In this document: positions 1 to 8,891 of the stretch, piece by piece
Position numbering within the stretch: the first letter of the stretch is position 1
Layout: each line of letters opens with the position of its first letter
NCBI GenBank assembly: GCA_965215505.1
Contig: OZ244065.1
Location: 4,928,001 to 4,992,000, forward strand
Reading direction: 5' to 3'
DNA: 64,000 nucleotides
Source: Capsulimonadaceae bacterium
Lineage (GTDB): Bacteria > Armatimonadota > Armatimonadia > Armatimonadales > Capsulimonadaceae
The notes under the pieces: model-generated
Told to the model about the DNA's origin: nothing
Databases searched by the model: none
What the model saw: the letters and a program-made list of their open reading frames with translations, nothing else
Translations under genes and position numbers: made by a program

Positions 1-1
1 G

Positions 2-604
2 GTGGTCTGGCAGTCCCTGAGCTACACCCTCCAGCTCCGGTACATCGGCATCTGGACGCTGCCACTGACTCTGGTCGGCGGCGTCCTGCTGCTGTACGGG
101 CCGGCGATGCTGCCCCTGGTCCGGTTCGCCATCCTCTTTTCTTTTCTGGCGTACCCGCTGCCGCACTCCCTCCTTAACGGCCTGACGGTCAAGATACAGT
201 CCGCCAGCACGGACGGAGCGACCACCCTGATGACCACGCTGGGATACCCGCTGATCAAGCAGGGGAATGTCATCCAGGTCCCAGGTGCCTCGCTGGAGGT
301 CGCCGAGGCGTGCAGCGGCTTTCACAAGCTGCTCAGTTTGACGGCGTTCACGTTGCTCTACAGCTACCTGTTCACGACCAGCCAGTGGAGACGGGCGATC
401 CTGATCGCCGCCGTCCTGCCGCTGGCGCTGCTGGTAAACGTCCTGCGGATTTCCGGCCTGATCGCCTTCGCGGCGGCCGGCGGGCTGCCCGCGCTCCACG
501 CGGCGCATGACGGCGCGGAATACTGCGCCATCGCCCTGGCGTTCGGGCTGCTGATATTGTTAGGAAGGATTCTCGGATGCCGAACAATGCGCTTCTCCCT
601 CTGA
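2..604 (+). CDS. Exosortase (EpsH/XrtA family), 5'-partial
   Basis: Multi-TM protein with VAEACSG (catalytic Cys), NVLR (Arg) and AAHD (His); followed by EpsI-like and PEP-CTERM genes. Confidence 0.9.
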   Translation: MVWQSLSYTLQLRYIGIWTLPLTLVGGVLLLYGPAMLPLVRFAILFSFLAYPLPHSLLNGLTVKIQSASTDGATTLMTTLGYPLIKQGNVIQVPGASLEVAEACSGFHKLLSLTAFTLLYSYLFTTSQWRRAILIAAVLPLALLVNVLRISGLIAFAAAGGLPALHAAHDGAEYCAIALAFGLLILLGRILGCRTMRFSL

Positions 605-1215
605 TGGGCTGCGCCCTGATTCTGTCGGCCGTCGCCGCCGACTACGGCCTGGGACAGCTTGACGTGCCGAAGCCCCACCGCCTGCCCATCGAGGGCTTCC
701 CCGCAGTGGTCGGTGACTGGAAGGCGGGGCCGGTCCAGGAAGTAGACGCGGACATCCAGAAGCGGCTGCCGACGGCGAAGATCGTGGAGCGCGTTTACAC
801 CAACCCGTCCGGGCAGACGATGGACCTGATGCTGCTGACGGCCACCGAGGACGAGGACATGCACAGCCCCAAGGCCTGCTTCCCCTCGCAGGGCTGGACC
901 CTCAGCAATGTGAAGGAAACCCAGGTGGACGGTCAGCCGATGACCCAGATGACCGCCGACATGGACGGGCGGGGGAAACTGGCCGTCCTGTACTGGCTGA
1001 CCGGGTACTATGCGCCCGCCCCGCCCCGGAACGCCCTGCTGCAAAAAGCGTCCGTCTGGCGGACCCACCTGATGGGAGCGCACAACAGCATGTCCCTGTT
1101 CGTGCGGATCACCGCCCCCGATACGCCGCTAAACGATCGGGCGATGACCGATTTCACGTCCGCGCTTCACGACCCGCTGAAAGCGCTGGTGCAGTCGGGC
1201 GCGAGTCCCTCATAG
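577..1215 (+). CDS. EpsI-family exosortase-associated protein (DUF3485-like)
   Basis: N-terminal TM segment, RVY..G, HSPKACFPSQGW motif, YW and final VR motif; overlaps the exosortase stop. Confidence 0.8.
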   Translation: MPNNALLPLMGCALILSAVAADYGLGQLDVPKPHRLPIEGFPAVVGDWKAGPVQEVDADIQKRLPTAKIVERVYTNPSGQTMDLMLLTATEDEDMHSPKACFPSQGWTLSNVKETQVDGQPMTQMTADMDGRGKLAVLYWLTGYYAPAPPRNALLQKASVWRTHLMGAHNSMSLFVRITAPDTPLNDRAMTDFTSALHDPLKALVQSGASPS

Positions 1216-1309
1216 GCACCCCGCCCGCATGCCGCCCCGTCCCGCTTTGACTGAACGCGCCGTCTCACGATCAATCTTCACAATCCATTGTCTTAAAGGT
1301 AGTACCACC

Positions 1310-2356
1310 ATGTCAATCCCGCCCACGCCGGTCCCGCCCGTCCTGCGCCCGAAGAACGAGAAAAACGTCATCGCCAGCCGGGAAACGTCCCCGCCGCTCA
1401 TGGCCTTGCAGTCGCGCTGGCCGACCCTGCTGCCCTGGGGCGCCGCCGCCCTCGGCCTGCTGATCGGCTTCCTCGGCGGCTACCTGATCATGCGCCACCG
1501 CCACGAGGGCCAGAAAGTCGTCGCCGCCGTCAACGGCGTCCAGATCACACAGGACCAACTGTTCATACGGCTGCAGGAGGCCGCAGGGCAGCAGGCCGTC
1601 CACAAAATGGTGGAGGAAGAGCTTCAACTGCAATTCGCGGCCAAGGAGGGCGTCGCCCCCACGGACGCCCAGGTGGATGCGCGGTACAAGGCCATCCAGA
1701 AGGACCCGCGCTTCCTGCCCGCCCTGCGCGCCAGCGGTATGTCCCTGGAAGACTACAAGCACAGCCTGCGCGTCCGGCTGGCCCAGGCCAACGTGGTGAC
1801 CCAGAAGGTCACGGTCACGGACGCCGAGGTGCAGGACTTCTACAAAACGCAGAGCGACCCGAACAACCCGCAGGCGCAGTTCTACAAGCCCGCCACCATG
1901 ACCTTCCGTGTGATCGCCACGGCGAGTCAGGCGACGGCGCAGCGCGCCCTTTCGGACCTCAACGTCAGCAACACCCCGTTTGAGCTGGTCGCCTCCACAT
2001 ACAGCATTGACCCGAGCAAGAGTGTTGGCGGCCTGATCGCACCTTTGCAGCGCGGGCGGTCGCCCCTCTCCCAGAACCCGGCCCTGGAGGCCAGCCTCTT
2101 CAACCTGAAGGTCGGGCAGGTGTTCGGGCCGGTGAGCTTCAACAAGGGGTGGTGGATCTTCCGGTGCGAAGACAAATCTTTGGGGCAGGCGCTCCCCTTC
2201 GACAGCATCAAGGAGGAGGCGGTCCTCGGCGCGGAGATCGTGAAGGGGACGAAGATCAACGGGCCTGCCGTTGAAGCGAGATTCCAGGACTTCGAGCGCA
2301 CCTCCACCCTCCAGCCGTTCTGGACACAGTACGAACACGCGGTGACTGGGCGTTAG
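1310..2356 (+). CDS. SurA/PrsA-like parvulin peptidyl-prolyl isomerase (EpsD-like foldase)
   Basis: TM anchor, VVAAVNGVQIT SurA-N motif, FELVASTYSIDPSKSVGG rotamase motif; start placed at ATG 1310. Confidence 0.8.
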   Translation: MSIPPTPVPPVLRPKNEKNVIASRETSPPLMALQSRWPTLLPWGAAALGLLIGFLGGYLIMRHRHEGQKVVAAVNGVQITQDQLFIRLQEAAGQQAVHKMVEEELQLQFAAKEGVAPTDAQVDARYKAIQKDPRFLPALRASGMSLEDYKHSLRVRLAQANVVTQKVTVTDAEVQDFYKTQSDPNNPQAQFYKPATMTFRVIATASQATAQRALSDLNVSNTPFELVASTYSIDPSKSVGGLIAPLQRGRSPLSQNPALEASLFNLKVGQVFGPVSFNKGWWIFRCEDKSLGQALPFDSIKEEAVLGAEIVKGTKINGPAVEARFQDFERTSTLQPFWTQYEHAVTGR

Positions 2357-2633
2357 CCGGTGCCTTGACTGGGCGGATACGGAAGGGGATGCGCTTTGAC
2401 GGCGGCCTTTTCCGTGTCCGCCTTCTTTTTGTCTTTTTCGGCGAATGGTTGTCCGGCTGACAGCAATATCTTCCCGCCGGTGTTATAATGACCCAAGACG
2501 GCCTCGGATTTGCGCCCTGTACGGATGTTCATCCGGAATAGTTGCAGGGACAAATGGTTGTGGCTAATGTTTTGGCAGTTCCTGTCGGCAAATAACTTAG
2601 CTTTTTTGCTGATAATGCCGCAAAAACGCAGAG

Positions 2634-2650
2634 TTGGCACGGAATTTGCA
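2634..2650 (+). promoter_or_regulatory. Sigma-54 (-24/-12) promoter of PEP-CTERM gene 1
   Basis: TTGGCACGGAATTTGCA matches TGGCACG-N4-TTGCW. Confidence 0.85.
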
Positions 2651-2660
2651 GTAAGAAGAC

Positions 2661-2914
2661 TGGTACAAGTCTCAGCTAAGTTTTACAGGGAAGGCAGCTC
2701 AAGGACGAGGGGATCGAGTGGAGACATTTCAGTACCGACTTGCGGACTGTAGTGTACGGCCTGTACCCAGCCTCAGCGCGGTAAGCCCGCCACCCGAAAG
2801 GAGACTGTGCCACCAAGTCAATCACTCATTCGCGGCGGCGGTGACGACTCGCGGGACCAGACCGCACTCTAACAGCAATCCTGATCGCATCAAGAAGACA
2901 CAGAGAAAACAAAC
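2661..2914 (+). ncRNA. Candidate structured 5' leader RNA (copy 1)
   Basis: Shares blocks and pairing potential with 3662-3962 (GTCTC/GAGAC stem; block ending CCGAAAGGAGACTGTGCCACCA); function unknown. Confidence 0.45.
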
Positions 2915-3406
2915 ATGAACAAGATCACTTCCACTCTCACCGGCCTCGCCCTCGTGGCGGCCGCGAGCGTTGCCCCCGCCTTCGCGCAGGCCGGCAACCT
3001 CTTCACCCCCGTGGGCGGCAGCCCGTTCACCGTCGTCGGCGTCGGGACGGCCAACTTCACCGCCACCGGCACGGCGATGTTCAACGCGGCTGGCAGCACC
3101 TCGGTCACCTCAGTGCCGTTCACCATCACCGGTTCGGACACGAACGGTGCGCTTTACACGATTAAGACGTACACGCTGAACGGCGTATTGGATACGACCG
3201 CGCCCGGTGCGTTCTTCATCGTGGCGACCCTGCCCTCGGGCGCCACCTCGGTCGCCAGCGTCGGCTCGTTGCCGAGCGGCAACACCTTCAACCTGGTCAA
3301 CGCCCCGGTCCCCGAGGCCAGCACGGTCGTCTCCTTCGGCGCCCTACTCGCCCTCGGCGGCATGGCCGTCGTCCTGCGCCGCAAGGGCGTCAAGAACGCC
3401 GCCTAG
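2915..3406 (+). CDS. PEP-CTERM sorting-domain protein (VPEA variant)
   Basis: Signal peptide ending AFA-Q, Thr/Ser/Gly-rich body, C-terminal VPEASTVVSFGALLALGGMAVVLRRK. Confidence 0.9.
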   Translation: MNKITSTLTGLALVAAASVAPAFAQAGNLFTPVGGSPFTVVGVGTANFTATGTAMFNAAGSTSVTSVPFTITGSDTNGALYTIKTYTLNGVLDTTAPGAFFIVATLPSGATSVASVGSLPSGNTFNLVNAPVPEASTVVSFGALLALGGMAVVLRRKGVKNAA

Positions 3407-3452
3407 GGGCCGCCGCCCGCGCGCCTCGGTGCCGGGCTCGGCTACCCATTCC

Positions 3453-3482
3453 AGCCGCCCCCCTTTCGGGGGCGGCTTTTTA
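3453..3482 (+). terminator. Rho-independent terminator
   Basis: AGCCGCCCCC..GGGGGCGGCT hairpin followed by T-tract. Confidence 0.85.
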
Positions 3483-3634
3483 TTCAAGCAGGAACCGGTT
3501 CAGGGCGGCGATTTTCGCGGCGATTTTCAAGGTTAGCCGTTGCCCCTTTGGGTACAACAGTAAGGAAAACCTGGCCACCCGGAAACACTCCTTGAGACTC
3601 CCTTGTTAGCGTCTATTTACCAAAAACACGCAGG

Positions 3635-3651
3635 TTGGCATGAAATTTGCA
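3635..3651 (+). promoter_or_regulatory. Sigma-54 promoter of PEP-CTERM gene 2
   Basis: TTGGCATGAAATTTGCA. Confidence 0.85.
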
Positions 3652-3661
3652 GTGTGATCAA

Positions 3662-3962
3662 TGGTAGTCGTCTCGGCTGAACCGTCTCACGGGACGGTAA
3701 GGCCGAACGGAGACGCTCCAGTGTCTGACAAAGACATCGCGGCAACACCACGCGACTTTCCGTGTGGGGCCTGTGCCCGGACTCAGTACGGCGTATTCGC
3801 CATCCGAAAGGAGACTGTGCCACCACCAAAAACACAACACTCGGCCGCAGCAATGACTCCAAGGTACGGCCGCAATTGGGCGTCCTTCTCAGTCGCGGTT
3901 CTTGCAGCATCTACTGCACAAGAGCATCTCGATCGCATCGAAAAGACACAGAGAAAACAAGC
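3662..3962 (+). ncRNA. Candidate structured 5' leader RNA (copy 2)
   Basis: CGTCTC/GAGACG stem enclosing ACCGTCTCACGGGACGGT hairpin; block 3762-3825 homologous to 2752-2815. Confidence 0.45.
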
Positions 3963-4460
3963 ATGAACAAGATCACTTCCACTCTCACCGGCCTCGCCCT
4001 CGTGGCGGCCGCGAGCGTTGCCCCCGCCTTCGCCCAGGGTAACCTCTTCACCCCGGTCGGCGGCGCGCCGTTCAGCATCACGACCTCCGGCTCGTCCTTC
4101 GTGGCCAGCGGCATCGCGAACTACAACCCGCTCGGCACCACCACGTCGTCCACGGCGACGTTCATCCTGTCGGGCACGGGCACCGGCCCGCTCTTCACGG
4201 TCACCTCGTTCGGGTTCACCCCTGCGGGTGGTTCGTTCGTCCCGGAGCCGTCCGGCAGCCTCTTCACCGTGGTTGGCCTGCCCACCGGAGCCACGTCTGT
4301 CTCCAGCGTCGGCTCGCTGCCTGACGGCACGACCTTCAACTTCGTCACCGCCCCGCCGGCGGTCCCCGAGGCCAGCACGGTCGTCTCCTTCGGTGCCCTG
4401 CTCGCCCTGGGCGGCATGGCCATCGTCCTGCGCCGCAAGGGCGTCAAGAACGCCGCCTAG
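3963..4460 (+). CDS. PEP-CTERM sorting-domain protein (VPEA variant), paralog of 2915-3406
   Basis: Identical signal peptide MNKITSTLTGLALVAAASVAPAFAQ and near-identical C-terminal sorting signal. Confidence 0.9.
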   Translation: MNKITSTLTGLALVAAASVAPAFAQGNLFTPVGGAPFSITTSGSSFVASGIANYNPLGTTTSSTATFILSGTGTGPLFTVTSFGFTPAGGSFVPEPSGSLFTVVGLPTGATSVSSVGSLPDGTTFNFVTAPPAVPEASTVVSFGALLALGGMAIVLRRKGVKNAA

Positions 4461-4516
4461 GGACCGCCCGCGCGCTCCGGCGCCCGGATGGCATCCCTAC
4501 ACGGGTTCCCGCCCCC

Positions 4517-4546
4517 GCCGCCCCCCTTACGGGGGGCGGCTTTTTT
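4517..4546 (+). terminator. Rho-independent terminator
   Basis: GCCGCCCCCC-TTAC-GGGGGGCGGC followed by TTTTTT. Confidence 0.85.
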
Positions 4547-4574
4547 ATTTGAGAGCGTGGCGGTTTCCGGGCGT

Positions 4575-4591
4575 TTGGCATGATTCTTGCA
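4575..4591 (+). promoter_or_regulatory. Sigma-54 promoter of the polysaccharide gene cluster
   Basis: TTGGCATGATTCTTGCA, ~160 nt upstream of the GT4 start. Confidence 0.8.
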
Positions 4592-4753
4592 AGAATGGAG
4601 AGTGGTGCTGCCGCAGGCTCCGCCGTGTTTTGCCGAGTATGGAGCTGGAAGTGGAGCTGGAATGCGTAGACCGTGCCGCCCCTTTTCGGGTAAACTGTCG
4701 GAAGTTACTTCGCTCCCTATCCAGCCACCGCTCCGCCGTGTCTTCGTCTTGCC

Positions 4754-5977
4754 ATGCCAATCAAAACGCCGCGTGTCCGTTCGCCTTACCGGGTCGCCTA
4801 CCTCGTCTCGCACCCGATCCAGTATCAGGCACCGCTGCTGAGATACATCGTCGCGAACACCGAGATCGAGCTGACCGCATTCTTCCTGAGCGACTTCTCC
4901 GTCAGGAGCTACAAAGACGAGGGTTTCGGGACCGAGGTGCAGTGGGACGTGCCGCTGCTGGAAGGCTACCCCTCCCAAGTCCTGCCCGCCCTGGGGGACA
5001 ACCAGCGCCTGACGCCCCTGCGCCCGTTCGTCTACGGCCTGTCCCGGTATCTCAAAGCGGGCCGCTTCGACGCCCTCTGGCTCCACGGCTACGCCCACCA
5101 GGCGAACTTGAGGGCGCTGCTGGTCGCGAAGTCGCTGGGGATGAAGGTGTTCCTGCGGACCGACTCGCAGCTCGCCAGCAGCACGACCCACCCGCTCAAG
5201 GGTTGGCTCAAGGCGCGTCTGCTCCGGCGGCTGTTCCGGCGCGTGGACGGCTTCCTGGTCGCCGGGGAACTGAACCGGGAGTATTTCCGTCACTACGGTG
5301 TGCCGGACTCCAAAATATTTTTGTTGCCGTTCGCGGTGGATAATGACTTCTTCCAGCGCAAGGCCGCCCTCGCCCGGTCCGGGCGGGAGGAACTGAGGGC
5401 TTCCCTCGGACTGACGCCGGGTCGCCCCGTCATCCTTTTTGCCTCCAAGTTCCTGCGGCGCAAGCGGGCGGGGGAACTCTTGGAAGCCTACAGTCGGCTC
5501 TCACCGGACGGCACATCGGAGCCGCACCCTTACCTGCTGTTCGTCGGCGACGGCGAGCAGAAGGCGGAGGTGGAGGCGCAGGCGCAGCATCTGGGCTGGT
5601 CCGGCGTGCGGTTCCTCGGTTTCAAGAACCAGACGGAGCTGCCCCCCCTCCTCGACCTCTGCGACGTGTTCGTACTCCCCGCCGACAGCGAGCCGTGGGG
5701 CCTGATCGTGAACGAGGTCATGAACGCCGCAAAGCCCGTCATCGTCACCGACGAGGTCGGGGCGGCCCCCGATCTGGTCCATGAAGGCGAGAACGGCTAT
5801 GTCGTGCCGGTCGGCGACATCGCGGCACTGGCGAGTCGGCTCCGGGATGTCACCGCAGACCTCGGCAGAGCGCGTCGGATGGGGGAGCGCAGCCTGGAGA
5901 TCATCCAGGGCTGGGGCTTCAAAGAGAACGTCGTCGGCCTGAGGCAAGCTTTGGAAGCGACGGTCGGAACGGTCTGA
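4754..5977 (+). CDS. Glycosyltransferase family 4 (GT-B)
   Basis: SHPIQY N-terminal motif; DVFVLP..EPWGLIVNEVM (EX7E) motif. Confidence 0.9.
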   Translation: MPIKTPRVRSPYRVAYLVSHPIQYQAPLLRYIVANTEIELTAFFLSDFSVRSYKDEGFGTEVQWDVPLLEGYPSQVLPALGDNQRLTPLRPFVYGLSRYLKAGRFDALWLHGYAHQANLRALLVAKSLGMKVFLRTDSQLASSTTHPLKGWLKARLLRRLFRRVDGFLVAGELNREYFRHYGVPDSKIFLLPFAVDNDFFQRKAALARSGREELRASLGLTPGRPVILFASKFLRRKRAGELLEAYSRLSPDGTSEPHPYLLFVGDGEQKAEVEAQAQHLGWSGVRFLGFKNQTELPPLLDLCDVFVLPADSEPWGLIVNEVMNAAKPVIVTDEVGAAPDLVHEGENGYVVPVGDIAALASRLRDVTADLGRARRMGERSLEIIQGWGFKENVVGLRQALEATVGTV

Positions 5978-6133
5978 CCCTCGTGTGGGAGCCGCAGATG
6001 ACCATAATCACCTTGAAAGAGATGCAGATGACCGATGTGTTCCGGGAACCGCCTGTCAAACGGGACGGCGGTGTCTCAGCCGAACGAAAGTGTGACGTAT
6101 TTCTCGACCGGGTCACGATGCTGGGGAGGCTCC

Positions 6134-7504
6134 ATGTCACAAGCCGTCCGTGAGCGCCTGATGAGGGGCTTCGCTGCGATGGGGTTTTCGTCCGCGATCT
6201 ATCTGCTCATCCAGGTCGGCACCATCCCACTCTTCATCCACTTCTGGGGCAAGACGCTCTATGGCGAGTGGCTGGTTCTTAGCACAGTCCCCTCGTACTT
6301 CGCGCTCTCCGACTTGGGCTTCGCGAACGCGGCCGGCACGGAAATGACTATGAGAGTCGCTCGTGGGGACCGCGAAGGCGCGCTCAAGGTGTTCCAATCC
6401 GCCTGGCTGTTGGTCACAGGCGTTTCCCTGCTCGTGACGCTGGCGACGTTGAGCGTCATCCACTGGCTCCCCTTGGAGCGGTGGCTGAACCTCCCGACGC
6501 TCGCTCACGCCGAGGTCGTGATCATCATTTCCATCCTGGTCTTCCAAGTCTTCTTCGACCTGCAGACCGGCCTGATCAGCGCCGCCTACCGGTGCGACGG
6601 CCATTTCCCGGCCGGGACCATGATCTACAACATCCAGCGCCTGGCCGAGTTTATCGTCGCCGCCGTCGTACTCTGCTGCGGCATCCACCTCGTCGGGCTC
6701 GCCCTGGCGGTCATGGTGACGCGCTTGGTCGGGAACTCCCTGTCCATGCTTTACATGCGGTCCATCAGTCCCTGGCTGACCTTCGGTTGGCAGCAAGCAG
6801 ACCTGGCGACCTTGAAACAGATCACCTCGCCGGCCCTGACATTTATGGGCTTTCCAATCGGCTTTGCCTTGAGTCTCCAGGGGACGGTCATGGTCGTAGG
6901 AATCGTTCTCGGCCCTGGGGCGGTCACCCTCTTCACCGCCTCACGGACGCTGACCAGGTTCGTCTGGCAGATATTGAACGCGATCACGAACACGATATGG
7001 GTCGAACTGTCTACCGCCTTTGGTTCAAACGATATTGCCCTGGCACGCAGCCTGCACCGGCGGGCTTGCCAAGCCGCCCTATGGATCGCGGTGGCCTCCA
7101 GCATCGCCCTGTTTTTCATCGGGCCGACCATCTTCCGGCTGTGGACGCAGGGTAAAGTGCCTTTTGACTCGACACTGTTCAGCTTGCTGCTTATCGTGGT
7201 CGTCGTGAGCAGTTTCTGGTCTGTAAGCTATGCGGTACAGCTCTCCGTCAACCGCCACCAGAAGCTGGCGGCGATCTTCGTCGGTGCCACCACCCTCTCA
7301 CTCGGTCTCGCCCTCGTGCTGACGCGCCTGATGGGTCTGCACGGGACCGCGCTCTCCCTGCTCGTGATCGACCTCTTCATGAGTGCCTATGTTGTGCGGC
7401 AGTCCCTCGTGCTGGTGCAGGACACGCTGCCGGCTTTCATCAAGTTCATCCTGACGCCGCCGTTTCTCAAGCCGCCGCCACGCCCCATGGCGGAAGCTGC
7501 GTGA
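6134..7504 (+). CDS. Polysaccharide flippase (Wzx/MOP family)
   Basis: About 12 TM segments, YGEW...SDLG motif; GGAGG RBS before ATG 6134. Confidence 0.8.
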   Translation: MSQAVRERLMRGFAAMGFSSAIYLLIQVGTIPLFIHFWGKTLYGEWLVLSTVPSYFALSDLGFANAAGTEMTMRVARGDREGALKVFQSAWLLVTGVSLLVTLATLSVIHWLPLERWLNLPTLAHAEVVIIISILVFQVFFDLQTGLISAAYRCDGHFPAGTMIYNIQRLAEFIVAAVVLCCGIHLVGLALAVMVTRLVGNSLSMLYMRSISPWLTFGWQQADLATLKQITSPALTFMGFPIGFALSLQGTVMVVGIVLGPGAVTLFTASRTLTRFVWQILNAITNTIWVELSTAFGSNDIALARSLHRRACQAALWIAVASSIALFFIGPTIFRLWTQGKVPFDSTLFSLLLIVVVVSSFWSVSYAVQLSVNRHQKLAAIFVGATTLSLGLALVLTRLMGLHGTALSLLVIDLFMSAYVVRQSLVLVQDTLPAFIKFILTPPFLKPPPRPMAEAA

Positions 7505-7622
7505 GCAACGCCGCTGTCGGACCCCGGCGTGAGAGGGGCGTGGGTATGCCGCGAGGCGACGTTCAGAGTAGAATGCCGGGAGCCACCGGAAACTTGAGAC
7601 ACAAGACAAGACGCAAGATAAA

Positions 7623-8840
7623 ATGAGAATCGTGTTATCAGGGACCAGCAAGTTCCACACCTTTGACCTTGCCCGGCAGCTCGAGCGGCGCGGCGTCCTT
7701 GAGCGCATCTTCTCCGGCTATCCGCGCTGGAAACTCCGCGCCGAACGTCTGCCGCAAAGCAAGATTTGGGCGCTGCCTTGGATCTATCTAACCTATAACA
7801 TCATCTTCCAGCTCACGGCGAACCGCCGTCTGCGCTGGGGAGTTTCCTGGTTAGGCAACCAGGCGCTCGATGCCTTCACGGCGGCGTTCCTGCCCCCATG
7901 CGACGTGTTCATGGCGATTGCCGCCAATGGGCTGCACACCGGACGCAAGGCGCAGAGGCGCGGCGGCACCTACATCTGCGATCGGCCCTGCTCACACATC
8001 CGCTACCAGGACCGGATCTTGCGCGAAGAGTACGAGCGACAGGGCCTGCACTTTGAGGGGATAGATCCGCGCGTCATCGCCAAGGAGGAAGCCGAATACG
8101 CTCAGGCGGACCTAGTCGTTGTCGGGTCCAGTTTCGCCGAGAGGTCGTTCCGAGAAATGGGATTCCCGCCGGAGAAGGTGCGCCGCGTTTCCTACGGCGT
8201 GGATCTCTCCCAATTTTACCCCGTCGCCGAGCCTGACCCTGATGAGTTCAGTGTTCTCTTCGTCGGTGCGGTCGTGATCCGGAAGGGGTTCAGCTATCTG
8301 CTCGAAGCCTTCGCCGATCTGGACCACCCGCGCAAGCGGCTGACGTTCGTCGGCAATGTTTCCCCGGAGGCGAAGGCGGTGATCGCCCGTGCCGCCGAAA
8401 CCCTGCCGGTCACCTGCCTGGGGCACGTCCCACAGCCGCGGCTCAAGGAGATCATGAGCCGCAGCCATGTCATGGTACTCCCGAGCGTCGAGGAGGGCCT
8501 CGCGCTCGTTCAGGCGCAGGCGATGGCCTGCGGCTGCCCGGTCATCGCCAGCACCAACACCGGCTCCGAAGACCTGTTCGATGATGGAGTGCAGGGCTTC
8601 ATCGTCCCGATCCGGGACCCGGCGGCCATCACGCAGCGGATGCAGCGGCTCGCCGACGACCCCGGCCTGCGCGGGCGGATGTCGGCGGCCTGCATCGAGC
8701 GCGTCAAGGCGCTCGGCGGCTGGGACCGCTACGGCGACACCATGGTCGCGATCATGGAAGAACTGGTAGAGGCAAAACGGAGTGCCGTGACTGCTGCCTC
8801 GCCGCTCGGCACCGGCTACGCCGCCTCCGCCCGGCACTGA
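7623..8840 (+). CDS. Glycosyltransferase family 4
   Basis: LFVG..RKG and VLPSVEEGLALVQAQAMACGCPVI motifs. Confidence 0.9.
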   Translation: MRIVLSGTSKFHTFDLARQLERRGVLERIFSGYPRWKLRAERLPQSKIWALPWIYLTYNIIFQLTANRRLRWGVSWLGNQALDAFTAAFLPPCDVFMAIAANGLHTGRKAQRRGGTYICDRPCSHIRYQDRILREEYERQGLHFEGIDPRVIAKEEAEYAQADLVVVGSSFAERSFREMGFPPEKVRRVSYGVDLSQFYPVAEPDPDEFSVLFVGAVVIRKGFSYLLEAFADLDHPRKRLTFVGNVSPEAKAVIARAAETLPVTCLGHVPQPRLKEIMSRSHVMVLPSVEEGLALVQAQAMACGCPVIASTNTGSEDLFDDGVQGFIVPIRDPAAITQRMQRLADDPGLRGRMSAACIERVKALGGWDRYGDTMVAIMEELVEAKRSAVTAASPLGTGYAASARH

Positions 8841-8891
8841 CCCTGCCCGGCACTGACTCCGCATCGAACGCCAACTTAACAGGTACACGCA

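Noticed and set aside
2752-2815. Possible c-di-GMP-I riboswitch because of the GAAA tetraloop
   Set aside because: Lacks the GGCAAAC...GACGCAAA core; kept only as an unclassified leader
4018-5343. 441-aa Arg/Pro/Ser-rich ORF
   Set aside because: Off-frame shadow that crosses a terminator and a promoter
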